A stretch of DNA of 64,000 nt from NCBI GenBank assembly GCA_000182565.2, contig KQ257457.1; one strand, 5' to 3'. A program made the translations under genes and the position numbers. The number at the start of each line of letters is the position of its first letter. Position 1 is the stretch's first letter. The notes beneath the pieces are model-generated. The model had not been told where the DNA came from, searched no databases, and worked only from the letters and a program-made list of their open reading frames with translations. Positions 40,046 through 53,581 of the stretch are shown here, one piece after another. The DNA comes from Spizellomyces punctatus DAOM BR117. Taxonomy: Eukaryota.

Positions 40046-40480
40046 GATCTCGGTTGTTGGGGTGGTTTTGAACAGTTGGTGGTCGCAGGAACGATCAAGC
40101 CCTCATTTGCACGTGAGCAAGTGGCTTTTGATGGTTTCGTAATCAAGTTGGGACGAATTCTCCGACGAGAGGGATGAAGGGATACCCGCGGATATCAATC
40201 CTCGTGCGTAAAGATCTTCCAAAAAGGGTCACTCCCCCTTATAAGATGGCGCATCGCTTTGAATTATTGGACGAAAGAGTGGTCTCCAGCATCCTGCGGT
40301 ACTTAACCTATTGTTACCTGCACAGACCCCTTCTTGCCATGGATCTCGACATGGTTCGCGTCGTTAGCGGCGCCGATCTATGTCTTTGAATCATGCCATT
40401 CGGAAGACGTATCACAGAATATCAAATTGGACATATTCTCTAGGAAAGAATAGTTATCGGATATCTCACCGTCAACCTCC

Positions 40481-43400
40481 ATGTCGCTACTTCCTATTCC
40501 TGGCATCCGTGGAGGGGAAGCAATTCCCTTCTCCAAGGCTGCACCCAAAGACCAAAAGCACGAGCTACGCAAATACTATGGGGCGGCCGAAGCTGTACTC
40601 CATCGAGCAAAGGCTGATACAGTTGAACTGCAGACAAAGACTGATCGGGTCAACGTACTGAAAGATCGGGCATCGTATAGGTCGGAAAGGGAAATGAACT
40701 TGGCGCATTTCGCCGAGTTAATGAGTATCTTTAAGGTTTTGTGGCTGTTTAAGATATTTGGGTATTAAATGTCTTTGTTGTTAACATTGATTCCTATCAG
40801 CAAGCATCAAAATCTGGTAGCGGTAAACTGACCATGCCAGAGTTCAAATCCGCCTTCTCGGTTGTCCTAGGCCACGGTCTAACCGACGATCAAATGTCCA
40901 TCCTTTTTATGAAAGTTGACGCCAATATGGATGAAGCCGTTGACTGGGACGAGTTCAGCACCTTCATGCTTCTTCGTGCCGAAGGTCAAAGTGTCATGCA
41001 GGAACAAGCTGAAACCCAGCTCTTTGATACTGAATCCATGACCACTCATTTTCCTATTTTGACGCCTCACAAGGATATGATTATTCGCATTCTTTGGTTG
41101 GGAAAGAGTCAGCGCTATGTCACTTGCAGTCGGGATGGGATGGTGTGCTGTTGGAGCGATCGGTTGAAGTTGCAGAGAAGTTTTGCAAATATTGGGTAAG
41201 CGATCGTGCAGTATTTGACACGTCCTTTTGACGAAGGATTGCTGCCTGCTTACAGATTTTGAGTTTTGATTGTTTTACCTTTTGGACCAAAAAGAATTTC
41301 CTCAAAGCCTGAACCTGGCCTCAATAGCAAGACAAAACCACCTTGGATTCATGACTGTATCTATCTTCCCAATCTCAACAAGTTGGCGATGTCGTCCGAC
41401 GACCACGAAATTACCTTCTATGGTAGGCCCCATTGAATTGTTCCGCACCATGCAGACGTCGTGATAACTATTTCACAGATAGTACAACGATGGAAACGCA
41501 ACTCCGCCTTGACCTCCATGACAGCGTCGCTTTCACAATGAATTACCACTATGACACTGAAAACCCCGACAGCGACCAAAGTACCCTCTTATACGGAACC
41601 GACCAAGGCTGCGTAACTCTCATCCGCTTCTCCCACGCGGCTCTCTTTGGTACTGCCATCAGCAAAAAGGACCAGGCGCCCGTCATATTAGTGGACAGTT
41701 TATCCAAAACACCTGGGGTGCAGGTCTGGAAGCGAAAAGCACACAATGACTGGGTGCTCCAGGTGGAGTATTACCATGATTTGAGGTCGGTTGTTTCGTG
41801 CTCTCCTGATGAGAAAGAGAGCTTGGTCATGGCGATGCAAACGGGAACAAAGAAGTGGACGGTCGTTTCGGCGAGCGTGAGGAAGGGGGTAAATACCATT
41901 GCTTATAGCAAATTCCCCTTGGCGTTGGTTAGTGGGGGAACAGGTATGTTTTTGCCCAATTGTTTCATTGGCATAAATGTCAATTTAGTCTTGCCTGTTT
42001 AGATCGGCAACTCCGCATCTGGAACCCACACCGGCTACAGCGACCCACAGCATCTCTCTCTGGACACTTGTCACCTATCATATCGGTAACGGTCAACCCT
42101 TTAAATGGCCAAGCTATATCACTCTCCACGGACAAAGCTATCAAGATATGGGACATTCGCAAACAACAATGTCTTCAAACGTTACCTAGCTCCATCGAGC
42201 ATCGTCCTGAAAACAGTCTATCATCCATATTCTTCAGTACTCACCGTGGGGGGAAATTGATTGTTGCCTCGACTGTTATGGTTACGTATGGGTTGGTGGA
42301 CCGGTCGCAGCAAAATCGAGTGCGAAGTCACGATGCTCCAATTAGGGCTGCATTGTGGAATGGTGCGTTTAAGCAAGTTGTTAGTGGGTGTGATGCCGGT
42401 GTCGTAAATGTCTGGGTGAGTTTGTTTTGGTCAGCCTATCGCGGGAGGAGTGCTCAGTTACGGATAATGACGTTAAATCTTCGCTCGTACCCAAGGATGC
42501 AAGCACGGGTCAAAAGACGTTCCGTTTTGCGAATGTCCACGAGAAAGCAGAGATTACTGCAATGGCATTTGATGCGGCATGTCGGAAATTGATTACTGGG
42601 GGTCGAGGTAACGGCTTGCAGAGTTTACGCCAGTCAACAGCTTTCGTTACCAATTTTTTGTTTCATCACACCAGATGGGAGTATTCGAGTATGGAACTTT
42701 AACAACGGCCAACTGCTCCAAGAGCTGGTCAAGGGTGACCGTTCTGAAGTTACTGGCATTACTGTGGGTATCTTTGCGTAAGTCAGGATTGAACCCTCAA
42801 CTCAAACACAAATGACTTGCAGTATATAACTCTCAAATCAACACCGTATATCGTCACAACGGGCTGGAACCGTCTCATCCATTTCTTCCCAGCAACATCT
42901 TCAGCTCCCACCGTTCACCCAACGCAAACGCTGTCAGCGTCACACAACGATGATATTCTGACAATGGCGTTTGCCGAACCGGATGTGTTGGCTACAGGGA
43001 GTTATGATGGTGAAATAGTTGTTCGGTCTTTGGGGAGTGGGTGTGTTATCGGACGCTTGCGAGTAGGCGAGGAGGGCGAAAGGGGACGAAGCGTCGATAA
43101 AGGTTTGGTGCTTTTCTTAGACCCATCAAAATTTAATGTACTGACATTAGTTGACTTGTCACCGTAGTGCTCTTTCTTCATTCTCGTCTCAACCTCCAAC
43201 ACACTGCCCACCTCCTCTCCTCAGGAAGCGATGGCCAAATCCGTTGGTGGAACACTCATGATATGTATCTGATGCTCTCGTATGACGGAACCCATGGAAG
43301 AAACGAAGGCATCTTTTCCATGGCCACTAACCCGCATAACACAGTTCTGGTGACTGGGGATACAGCAGGATACATTACAGTCTGGGATATCGGTAGCACT

Positions 43401-44112
43401 TGCGTCGGCGTGTGCCACCGAGCTGGAGAGGGCATGGCGTGTAGGAATGTATTCAGAGCTCATTTGAGGAGCGTTGTGAGTTTGGATCTGGTAGTGGATG
43501 GGGAACAAGAGGCGGTCGTGAGCGCCAGCACGGACTGTACGGTCAGAATGTTTACGGTAGGTGTTTGTCCGCTTTTATCTGGTCAATCTGCGTTGACTTG
43601 CATTTGTTTTTTGTTCCCGTTTAATTCTGTTACTCAACCTGAATGGACAGCTCACCGGACAATACATTGGGACATTCGGCCAAACAATGCCATGGGATCT
43701 GTATAATCCATCTACATATGCATATCCATCGAGGCCCCCAGAAATCACGCTCGATGAAGTCGACGAGCGTAGCGATGAACCCACATGCAACAACCACGGA
43801 GAGCAGGAGTCCGCCGTGATCTCATCTCTGATGAGCCCTCCGGCGCCAAAGCCGGAAACCTCCCAGAGAGCCATGACTGCAACAAGAACACCTAAACCAT
43901 TGAGCCCCTCAACACAAACGCCCACTTACAAAACATGGTACGCAAAATCCAAATTCGCGCAAAAGTTTATTGCACATCCATCAAGACGTCCACGGATTCT
44001 TCCCCCACTAACGCACGTCAAACCTGGGTGTGGAGGTGTGGCGGGGACATTTCATCGACTGGAACCATATGAGTTGGCCGAAGTAGGAAGAGCGGGTAGA
44101 GAGAAGAAGTAG
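40481..44112 (+). CDS. EF-hand + WD40 repeat protein (WDR49/WDR64-like, cilia-associated family)
   Basis: EF-hand LFMKVDANMDEAVDWDEFSTFMLL, then many WD40 repeats (GHLSPIISV...IKIWD; SHDAPI...VNVWD; SASTDCTVRMF); C-terminal IGTFGQTMPWDL. Confidence 0.8.
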
Positions 44113-44252
44113 CTTATTTTGTAGGAGAGAATCCCAGCATACTAGCCTAGGTGAATTAGTTTTGTAGGACAGAGTCCGCATGTAGATATAGCAAAGAGGT
44201 CCTAGGGAACTGAATGGTTACATTCATTACATACAATCACTCTATCGGACCG

Positions 44253-46022
44253 TCAATTTTCAAACTCTTTGGCAATTTCTGCCACTTTGAGGAATCCCCT
44301 GCGAAGATCTTCCTTTAGATCCTCAACATCTTCCAATCCAATACTCAATCTAACAAGTCGGGGGGTAATCTTGTCGTCAACGACAGCCCGCCATTCGAGG
44401 GCGGATTCGCAGCCGCCGAGAGATGTTGCATTTACAACGAGCCGGAGATGCGAGCCAATCAGGCGGGCATGATGAAGGGATTTGAACTGAATACCGTGGA
44501 AAATAAGCCCAAGTTCCTGTCCGTTCAGAGAGAAATCTCTTACCTCAATGGATAAGACACCTGACCAGCCTTCTCCTTGCTTCTTGCCCGCATCATGTCC
44601 GGGTTGTTTGGGTAATGATCCATGCCACACTTTGTCGACGATCTGCGTAGCGGGCTCATCGCGGGCGTCCAACCATCTGGCAATTTCTGTAGCCGATCGT
44701 GATTGTTGGGTAACTCGGACGGTCAATGATCTAACAGTCCTCATTTTAGCTTCACACCGCTCTCAAAAGTTTTCTACCCGGGTCCTCACCTCAAACTACG
44801 GAGTAGCAGCCATGCTTCGAAATTGCCCATCACGCTGCCCAGGTAAGTTCGGTCATCGCGTAACTATGTAAATAGACAGGACAAGAAAGCTGCCGTTAGG
44901 ACCTGCCCGTCTCCATTACAATCACCAGAAATGAAATCCACCTTCTCAGCCGTTTGCTCGTCTTTGACGATCAAGACACCGCCCAGCATGTCCGAATGTC
45001 CGCCGAGAAACTTTGTGCTGCTGTGCATCACAATGTCAGCGCCTGTTTGCCCGCCATTCTGTATGTCAGTTCTTTCATGCCATGTAGTATATCAGTCAAC
45101 CATATCCAGAATACCTGCAGCGAGCGTCTTCTGGAGTGGCGCTGGAGCAAATGTTGCGTCGACCGCGAGTGTCGCACCGCTGGGCGACGAGATGCATAAT
45201 CGGCAATGTCTTTAAAGATTTGCGCGAAGATAAGGTAAACTGACTATCTGATATAGAACAGTTGAAGTTGACACATACCGGCAATCTCACCCCGAGGGTT
45301 CTGGGGTGATTCTAACCAAATCAAATCTCCCTTTTGGAAGGTCTGAATGCCGTCCTCGATAAATACTAGACCCTGTGGTGTAAGGAAGCCAGTTGAGAAC
45401 TACAATTCGTCATGAGAAGGAGCGTTTGTCCCGGAGACACTTGCCACTTTATCTTCGCGTCCTCTCCTGTAGATTCTAATAACACCATGAGTCCCATGAT
45501 ATCCTTCCCGGGAGGTGACAATTCGTGAAGGTTGCACATGATTAATGGCAGCCGTGATTGCAGCAAGGCCAGTAGTGTATGTTACCGCATGGCCTGTAAA
45601 TGGTAAGTGGTAAGTATCAGTATCTGTACCACTGAGATGTCGTGGTCCAAACACCATTTTTACCTCCTTCTAATGCCCCCAAAACCGTCTCCAATCTGTC
45701 CCTCGTTTCGGTACCCTCTCGCGAGTACACATGCTCACCGTTTGGAGTCAGGGCAGTTTCTTTTGCAGAAGAAGTGGATTTAGGTATCCAGCCTTTCTCA
45801 GCAGCATAGCGGTCGTTCCAATCGTTAGCAAACCCTGACCACACGATGTCATTATTATCACATTGAACATGCTGGTGAGAATGTTTTCTTTTTGAAAAGA
45901 AGTGGAGACATACGGTAATTTGTCGAGACGTGCATAGGAGGGGCAACGTCGGGTGTGCTGCCCGTATCGGCATGGATGGAAAGCGTAGATAGGCGATAGG
46001 AGAGCGTCTCTTTGCCAGTCAT
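44253..46022 (-). CDS. PLP-dependent trans-sulfuration enzyme (cystathionine gamma-synthase/lyase family)
   Basis: [49 protein letters not shown] (PLP lysine), [25 protein letters not shown]. Confidence 0.9.
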
Positions 46023-46714
46023 TATGATTGCTGTACTTTGCAGTGAAATTTGTACAAGTGAAGAGCACTGGAAACAAGGTCAAAATGGCAACGACAACAG
46101 CAGGATGGGGGGGAAGCCATCTGCTCGCGTCACTTGTGGCGTGGCTTATCTGACGCGATCGGTCATCAACCAGCGAACGTCGCCGTTAAACGCACTTGTT
46201 CAAAACTTTAGACGAGCAACCCGTTTGAGAAAAGAGCATCCGGGAATGTATTGCGCAAGATGCACAAATATCATCAGAGTGGATTCTTTGAAATTGCGGG
46301 ATCTCTTTCGATGCGGAACTTGGAACTGACAACGACAATGCATAAAAATGATTTGCTGTGTATTGTGGGTATTGGGAAAACATTAAATATCAAGATGCCT
46401 GCTACTTTCATCGTCAAAGCATCACATCAAACAGTTGACATGGCCAACGTAAAGCCGTCGATCACACTCGGCAATCCCGAAAGCAACTCGCCGTTTGACA
46501 TTGGCTTAGATAATCCATAAGCCACTTCTGACTTGATGATTCATGTGACTGTGGTGACTCACTTACCCCACAACAAAGTTTCCCACGCACGAGTCCCACG
46601 GTTGGAGGGTTTTGGAAGGAATCGTTCGTTTTGTTGTTGTTGGGTTTCTTTCTTATTTTAAAGCGTTTTCCATCCCCACGGCCACCTCACCATTCGATAG
46701 GGGATTAGAAGACC

Positions 46715-48025
46715 ATGTTGGTAAAACGCCTGACCTCCACCTTCCTTCAACGGCCTTTGACAGCCTCAGCAACAAGATGGTCGTCAACCTCAACACAAGC
46801 ACCGCTCGCAGTGTCTCGTATCGTCAAGTCCATTACACAATCCCCAAAAGAGCAGCTACCAAACAACCAGCTTGTCTTTGGTCGAACGTTTACCGATCAC
46901 ATGTTGACTGTGGAGTGGGACGCTACAGTCGGCTGGAAGGAACCAAACATTAAGCCATACGGAAAGATATGTCTGGACCCTTCTGCTGTCGTATTCCACT
47001 ATGCGCTGGAATGTTTCGAGGGATTGAAGGCGTACGTAGTGGTATCTTCTCCCCGCAAATGTTGCTCTTGTTCACAATAGTTCCCTATGACAGATATAAG
47101 GACAAGAAGGGCAATATCCGACTGTTTAGACCGGACCTTAACATGAAGCGTCTCATCAGTTCATGTGAACGTCTCACTCTTCCCACATTTGACTCTGCTC
47201 AACTCCTCGAATGTATCAAGGAGCTTCTCAGGGTTGACCAAAAATGGATCCCAAGCGAGCGCGGGTATTCCTTGTATCTTCGTCCAACATGTATCGCAAC
47301 CCAAGAGTCTCTTGGCGTCGGTCCATCTAATCGTGCCCTCCTCTTTGTCATTGCATCCCCTGTCGGTCCTTACTACAAAACCGGCTTTAACGCCGTATCT
47401 CTGTATGCTACGCAGCAGTACACACGGGCATGGCCTGGGGGAACAGGGGATGCAAAGATTGGTGCAAATTATGCACCAGGTATCAAGCCTCAGATCGAAG
47501 TGGCAAAAGAGGGATATCAACAAAACCTGTGGCTATTTGGTGAAAAACAGCACATTACCGAGGGTACGATAGGGCTGATTTTCCTTGTTATTTTCATCAT
47601 TCATCTGACATGATCATAAATTAGTTGGCACCATGAACTTTTTCATGTACTGGACGAACGAGCAAGGGGTAAGAGAACTCGTCACGCCACCGCTTGACGG
47701 CACTATCCTCCCCGGAGTTACAAGAGACTCTATCATGGGCCTAGCCCGCTCTTGGAACGAGTTCAAGGTGACGGAGCAGCCCATATCAATGTTTGATGTC
47801 AGAAAAGCGGTTCAAGAAGGTCGTGTTCACGAAATGTTTGGGTCCGGTACAGCAGCCATTGTTTCCCCTATCAAAAAGATCAGATTCGAGGGCGAAGACT
47901 TGGACATCCCATTGGACCCAAGCGATAAGACTAGCCAGGCTGGACCCTTGACAAAGAGGATCGCGGACACTATTATGGGTATACAATACGGGGAAATCGA
48001 GCACCCGTGGTCCGTCGTTGTGTAG
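46715..48025 (+). CDS. BAT1: Branched-chain amino acid aminotransferase, mitochondrial-type
   Basis: LVFGRTFTDHML, FHYALECFEGLKAY, SLYLRPT, KIGANY, EVGTMNFF, ILPGVTRDS, EMFGSGTAAIVSP. Confidence 0.95.
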
Positions 48026-48145
48026 GCGGCTTTTTGGAGATGAATTATTAGCGGACGCTGCTAGTAGAGCTCTATATAAAATATGAGAAATCTCGTCTAC
48101 ACTTGTCTAGTCTGCATCTGCCGTATCATTAATCTCGTAATGTCA

Positions 48146-50898
48146 TTACGTTAAATCTATAACCTCGCACCAGCTTCTTACTCTTTTGATACTAGGTAGT
48201 GTCGTGTCGCACTCATCCTCGATGACAATTACACTGGTCACTGTCCTTCGAATCCCCTCCGCTCTCCGCCTTTTGCGAACCGGTATCCAACAAACGGACG
48301 AGTTTGTGCAAGATTGACTCTCGGATGAATCGCTATGTCGTTTTGGGGGGGACGAGATGATGATGGGTGATGGGGGTTTGGAGTGAGACAATAAATTCAA
48401 GGGTGTTGTGGCATTTCGTGGCGGTGTTGATGGGAGTACCACGATGGGATTCAGTGAATGCTCTTGGGAGGTGTGCAAAGTCGTGTCGACGGGTGGAGTG
48501 TTGATGTTGATTACATTGTCAAGAGTTGGTGGAGAAGCGGGTATGGGAGATTTCGGAGATTCTGCCGTTTGTTCTAACGTGTGAGTTGTGCCCAGCGAGG
48601 ACCTATCGGACCTTATAAGCGGCTTTGAAAGCTGAATTTGATAATTCAGCTCTATTCTTTCACTCACTCAAACTGCAAATCATGCCAGAAGGCCTTGATG
48701 GCCGCGATTCCGACTCCTCCAGCTTTATGTGCCCTATCCAGATCTTTGATGCTCACACCTCCCAAAGCATATACTGGCAAACTACTCGTCTCTGCTTCGG
48801 TGATTATCTGAGCAAATCTGTCCCAGCCCAAAGTCCTTGAGGACGGACAAGTCGACGATGGCAGAACTGGAGAAAGAACCACAAAGCGCAAACCAAGTTG
48901 GGCTGCGCGTTTGAGATCGGCCGTGTCATGGCAGGATGCACCAATGACTAGGTTTGTGAAAGGCAGACCATCCAATGACTGACATATCTTCAGTACGGTG
49001 CCAGACAAATGCAGACCACCTGCTCCCGTTTCCTTGCATAAGTGCGCCGATTCCGGCAAGACCTCCGGATCGGACACGTTGATTAACAATCGTGCACGGT
49101 CCTCGGATGGTACTTTCGTAACCACTTGGGAGTAGAAGCTTAATGTATCATCTCCTTTCGAGCGCAACTGAACGAAAGGTGGAACTTGCAGGCCGGAGCT
49201 TGCAGCCAGCACCGTGCACAGCTGGGCGACGAAATCGGAAATTAGGTCGACCGAGCTAACCGAGAGAGATCGCTTCGGATCGTCGGAAATAATATAAAGT
49301 GGGGGCACCACGGCAGATACGCCGCGGCCAGCTCGACCGCAAAGCGTTTTCGTCATTTGCATCATGGGCGAACCACCTTCGGTCATCTCTTCTTCCCCAC
49401 AGCTCACAATCTCTGTTTCCTGCGAATCTGTCTGCAGCAACCTATTCCAATTGCCAGTTACGTACGATCCACCTTCGTCCTCATTTGACACTAGATGCTT
49501 GAAGAAATCTTTAGCTGTTTTGCATGCCGCATGTTCTTTGGTCAGCACACAGGGGAATATCTTGCGGGGGCGAAGGATGGATATAAGCGATTGGAGTTCG
49601 CTAAGAGATGAGTGAGTTGCGTACAGGACATTCTATTACGGGAAGATTAGCCCACAACCAGGATGTTCCTGTCAGAGATAAAGTAAACGTACCCAGAACC
49701 TCTCTCCACCCTTGACTACAACCTCGGTCGTCCTACCTTTAAACCACATCGCTGAAGGGCGAATGAATACAATGGTTTTTTCCGCCTTCCACTTTACACA
49801 CTGAGGACAATTGTCGCATGCATGGAAACGCGTTGAAAGCGGATCATCCGTAATGTATTCTGGCAATGACGGGAGGCCAGCATAAATGGCATATCGAGTG
49901 GGTGAGATATAAACTTTCGTTTGGAAAACTTGGAACAGGGCTGCCCAGATGTTTTCGGCCCTATGGTTATCAACTTTACTTTGGGTGCTCTGACAGAGAA
50001 GAACCCTCCCGCATCACTCACCCCAAAATGTTGAGACCAATCTTAAAGTTCGTAGTAGCCGGATACATTCTGATAATGTCAGCAATAGCCTCCACCGACT
50101 CCTGCTTGCTTGGAAAGGTTTCGTATCCAGTGTCGCAGAATGTAGTATCCAGGTATACAGACTCTAGTCGTGGAATCTTTCCCTGTTGCCTGTATTCTTT
50201 GATGCCCTCTAGAAACCACGTCTCCGCGCGCAGATCACCAGTGTATAAGACATTGCCATTGGGTCCTTCGATCAGAAACCTGTAGAGACATTAGAAGCCA
50301 AGTTTCGGACGGACAGGATGAACCCCTTACATTGTTGAGCCCGGGCAATGGTTGGCGGGAAAGAGTGTAAGAGTGATAGTCTGGTTGTGGCCAATATAGA
50401 CTGTGCTCCATTAAACTTTGACCAGCAGTCTAAACTTCATTAATGCCCAGGCACGTACTCTGAGTCGTCTCCTCCATTGGTAGCGGCCTCTGGCGGCAGC
50501 CCACTATGAAAAACTTGGCTCCAGCTACAAAGATATTTAAGAGAAAAACCTACCAGCCATCTTTTCAAATGCTCATATTTCCCCTGGCCCAGGTTTCCCA
50601 AAATCGCGGCCGTCTCTTCAGAGCAATAGAGAGGGACATTGAACGCCAAGTTGTCAAACCCAACCAAATGATCTGGAAAGGTAAACATTGGCACATGGAT
50701 ATGGAACCTGCTACAAGCAATAATTTATAAAGTACCAGTGTGGCAGTGTGATAGTAGGACTATCCGAATATCGCCTTGGTTGGACCGGTACTTGTCTATC
50801 AAAATAGTAGGATACTTGGAAAGGGTTTGTCAGAGTTCAAGTTAGGTTGGCAAATGGCGTGTGCTTACCTCACGGACTCGTCCGTCAAAGGTGCTCAT
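48146..50898 (-). CDS. DCLRE1C: Artemis/SNM1C-type MBL-beta-CASP nuclease fused to a ThiE/TenI-like TIM barrel and a disordered tail
   Basis: MSTFDGRVREYPTILIDKY (Artemis-like start), SHCHTDH, ANHCPGS, YTGDLR, YLDTTF, IRPSAMWF, YATHSSLSEL; the same exon continues into VQLRSK...GASCHD...VLSPVLP...LGWDRF...LPVYALGGV...GIAAIKAFW. Confidence 0.85.
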
Positions 50899-51250
50899 GG
50901 CAAATGATTGGTCTCATCCACATTTAGAGACGGAAGTACCTGCCCGTTAAAACTCACCCAGACTAGTGAAAGCCAACGGTAAATGGTGTGAAAAGATCTG
51001 CTTGCCTTGAGCGGAGGATCGCCAGTTCCAGGATATAATGCACTTATTCTGATTCCATTCTGGTTCCAGATTTGGTCATCAACTTGCCCGACGACTTTTA
51101 ACTTCATCCATTCCAACATGCCGACAAAGCCCAGAGAATTGTGTTGAAAGAAATCTCAAAAATGTGTATGTATTCCAGATAATCTGCAAAATATGTACTT
51201 TCTGGTTATGAAATATACAACAGATATGCGAAAGGCCAAATAATCCCTGC

Positions 51251-52333
51251 TCAAAGGGCAAACGAGATACCGCCCGTTGCATGCAAGTTTTGTCCGGTGA
51301 ACCACGTAGACTGAGGACTGGCAAGGAAAACGACCGCGGCTGCCACATCTTCCGGTTTCCCTAACCGCTTGAGCGGGGTTTGTTGCTAACAAAAGTAACC
51401 GAGCTCGTAAGATTCACAGTCATTAAGAATACACCAGCAAGGATACCAACCTCCCATTGCTTCAATTGTTCCTCCGGATTCGTCCGTAGCATATCCGTGT
51501 CCGTGGTTCCAGGAGAAACCACGTTGACTCGGATACCTTTTGGTGCAAGTTCGACAGCCAGTGCCCGAGTGAGAGCTTCAACACCGCCTTTGGACGTAAT
51601 GTAAGAGGCGACATTTGCAACAGGGGTCTTGGTCAAGCATGTCGAAATGTTGATAACGGATGAATCAGGACCGAGGTGGGGAACAGCTGCTTGTGTTAAA
51701 AAGAATGGGCCCTGGAAAATATAATCAACCTTTAGTATCCTTTGCCATTTTTTCTTTATTATCTCGGATTACCTTCAAATTGACATCTAGGACCCGATTG
51801 TACTCTTCCAAGGTAACTTTTTCAAAATCCTTGCCATCGTAAATTCCAGCACTATGTCGACCAGCGTTAGGATAAAGGATGCCATATCAGGTCCTGGCTC
51901 GGCTGCCAACGCACTTGTTGACCACAATGTCCAGACGGCCCAGCTGCTGAACGGTCTCTTCCACAATCCGCTTGGCATCGTCGGGATTACCGACATTGCC
52001 CTGGACAGTAATGGCTTTACGCCCCCCCTTGCAGTCACGCAAAATCAGTAAACTGCTCGGTTGGCGTGCGATGTATATCATATTCTAACCTTTATGATAC
52101 TCTCAGCGACCTTGAGAGCATTGGGCTTGCTTCCGATATAATTGACGGCAACCGAAGCACCGCAGGCGGCTAGCTCTTGGCAAATAGCTGCTCCAATTCC
52201 CCTTGATCCACCTAATGACATGCAACTTGTGAGTCTGAAAATATAATTGACAGCAGGTCTGCCTATATGTACCGGTGACTAGGGCAACCTTTCCAGACAG
52301 ATTGATAGACGGCTGGGCGATGGAAACGGGCAT
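51251..52333 (-). CDS. Classical short-chain dehydrogenase/reductase (FabG-like)
   Basis: GKVALVTG-GSRGIG, LDIVVNN, catalytic YITSK, RVNVVSPGTTDTDM, TPLKRLGKPEDVAAAVVFLAS. Confidence 0.9.
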
Positions 52334-53581
52334 GTTGGTGGTGGTTAACTACAAGTGTAGAACGTCTTTCAGATACAGGAAGGGCAAGACAAGCTGCTTG
52401 GGTCTTTATGCGGATGTGGGATGACAAATAATGCAGATTAATTGACGTACAAAAAACCCTTATTTTCCTTTGATCTCCACAACCATCTGCAGATTAAACA
52501 TGTGCTTTAGACTCCAGCAGAGTAGGAAGTCATACAACGAGAGTCAGAAACTTTTGAATAGTCCTGACTAATGACGGATATGCCAGCCGCGGCTTCCCGG
52601 TCCTTTTGAAATCAGACCGGATGCATTTGAAATTGAGGGCTTTTTTTACCCTTCAAAACGTGCATCTCAAAAAGCCTTTTTACACTGCCCGTTTGTTTGG
52701 AGGAATCGAACAGCCCATTCGTTGTATTCATTGTGACGTGGTTTTTATTGTAGGGGATTGTGTTTAGCGCCATAGCCATAGCGTATTTTAGATCGCCATA
52801 TCGCGTGGCTTTGAAGCAGCTGCAAACCCCTGGTAGCCATAGGGCGGACTCACAGGTCCCTTTGATATCCGCAACATCTGTCAAGCGGTACTGGTTCCGC
52901 CCTGGATCAGCGGCATGTCCTTACTTGGAAGGATGATTTCGTGAGTGCAATGATACCTGGCGTGTCGGCGACCGTTGGCATTAACGACGTGATAACGTCT
53001 GAACAGGAGAAATTTAACTGGGGATGGCTTGCTTCCACCCGTCAGAATCAGATGAGGACACTGTAATTGCAGAACTGTTGTCCTCATCAATCAAGCCCAT
53101 TGTTACTTGCAATGACCATCCATTTGTTAGGCAGAATATGTCAGACAGAATACAAAGGACAGATTGTTAAATTCCAGCAGGGCGCATTATGACTTCTCAT
53201 GGCGAGAGAGAGATAGTCTCCTTGTATGGAGATCGCCCGCAAAGGAACCCAAGACCGCATACTGATTACTCTCACCCGTTCCCCCTCAGCCGAAACGAGC
53301 TATGCTCCTCCAAGCAGGCAACATTGCACCAAAAGATCATATCTCGCAATGAGACAAACCCCAATAAAGCGTCCCGAGTTTTCCAACCTTTGCGCAGCTA
53401 GTGTTCACAGAAGGATGGATGGAGGCCAGGAAACTTTTTGGGTGAAAACAAGTAGGCTTATAGGCTGGACGTCCACCCATCTTGAAAACACTTCGACCGA
53501 CCAACATATAAATTCTTATTACTAGCGAACCGAGGTTTAATATCTACCCAAGTTTTCGTGTATGGTTTACTTTACGATACA

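Noticed and set aside
52400-53550. Short ORFs between the SDR and coronin genes
   Set aside because: No homology recognisable by eye; no repeat termini or transposase/RT motifs.
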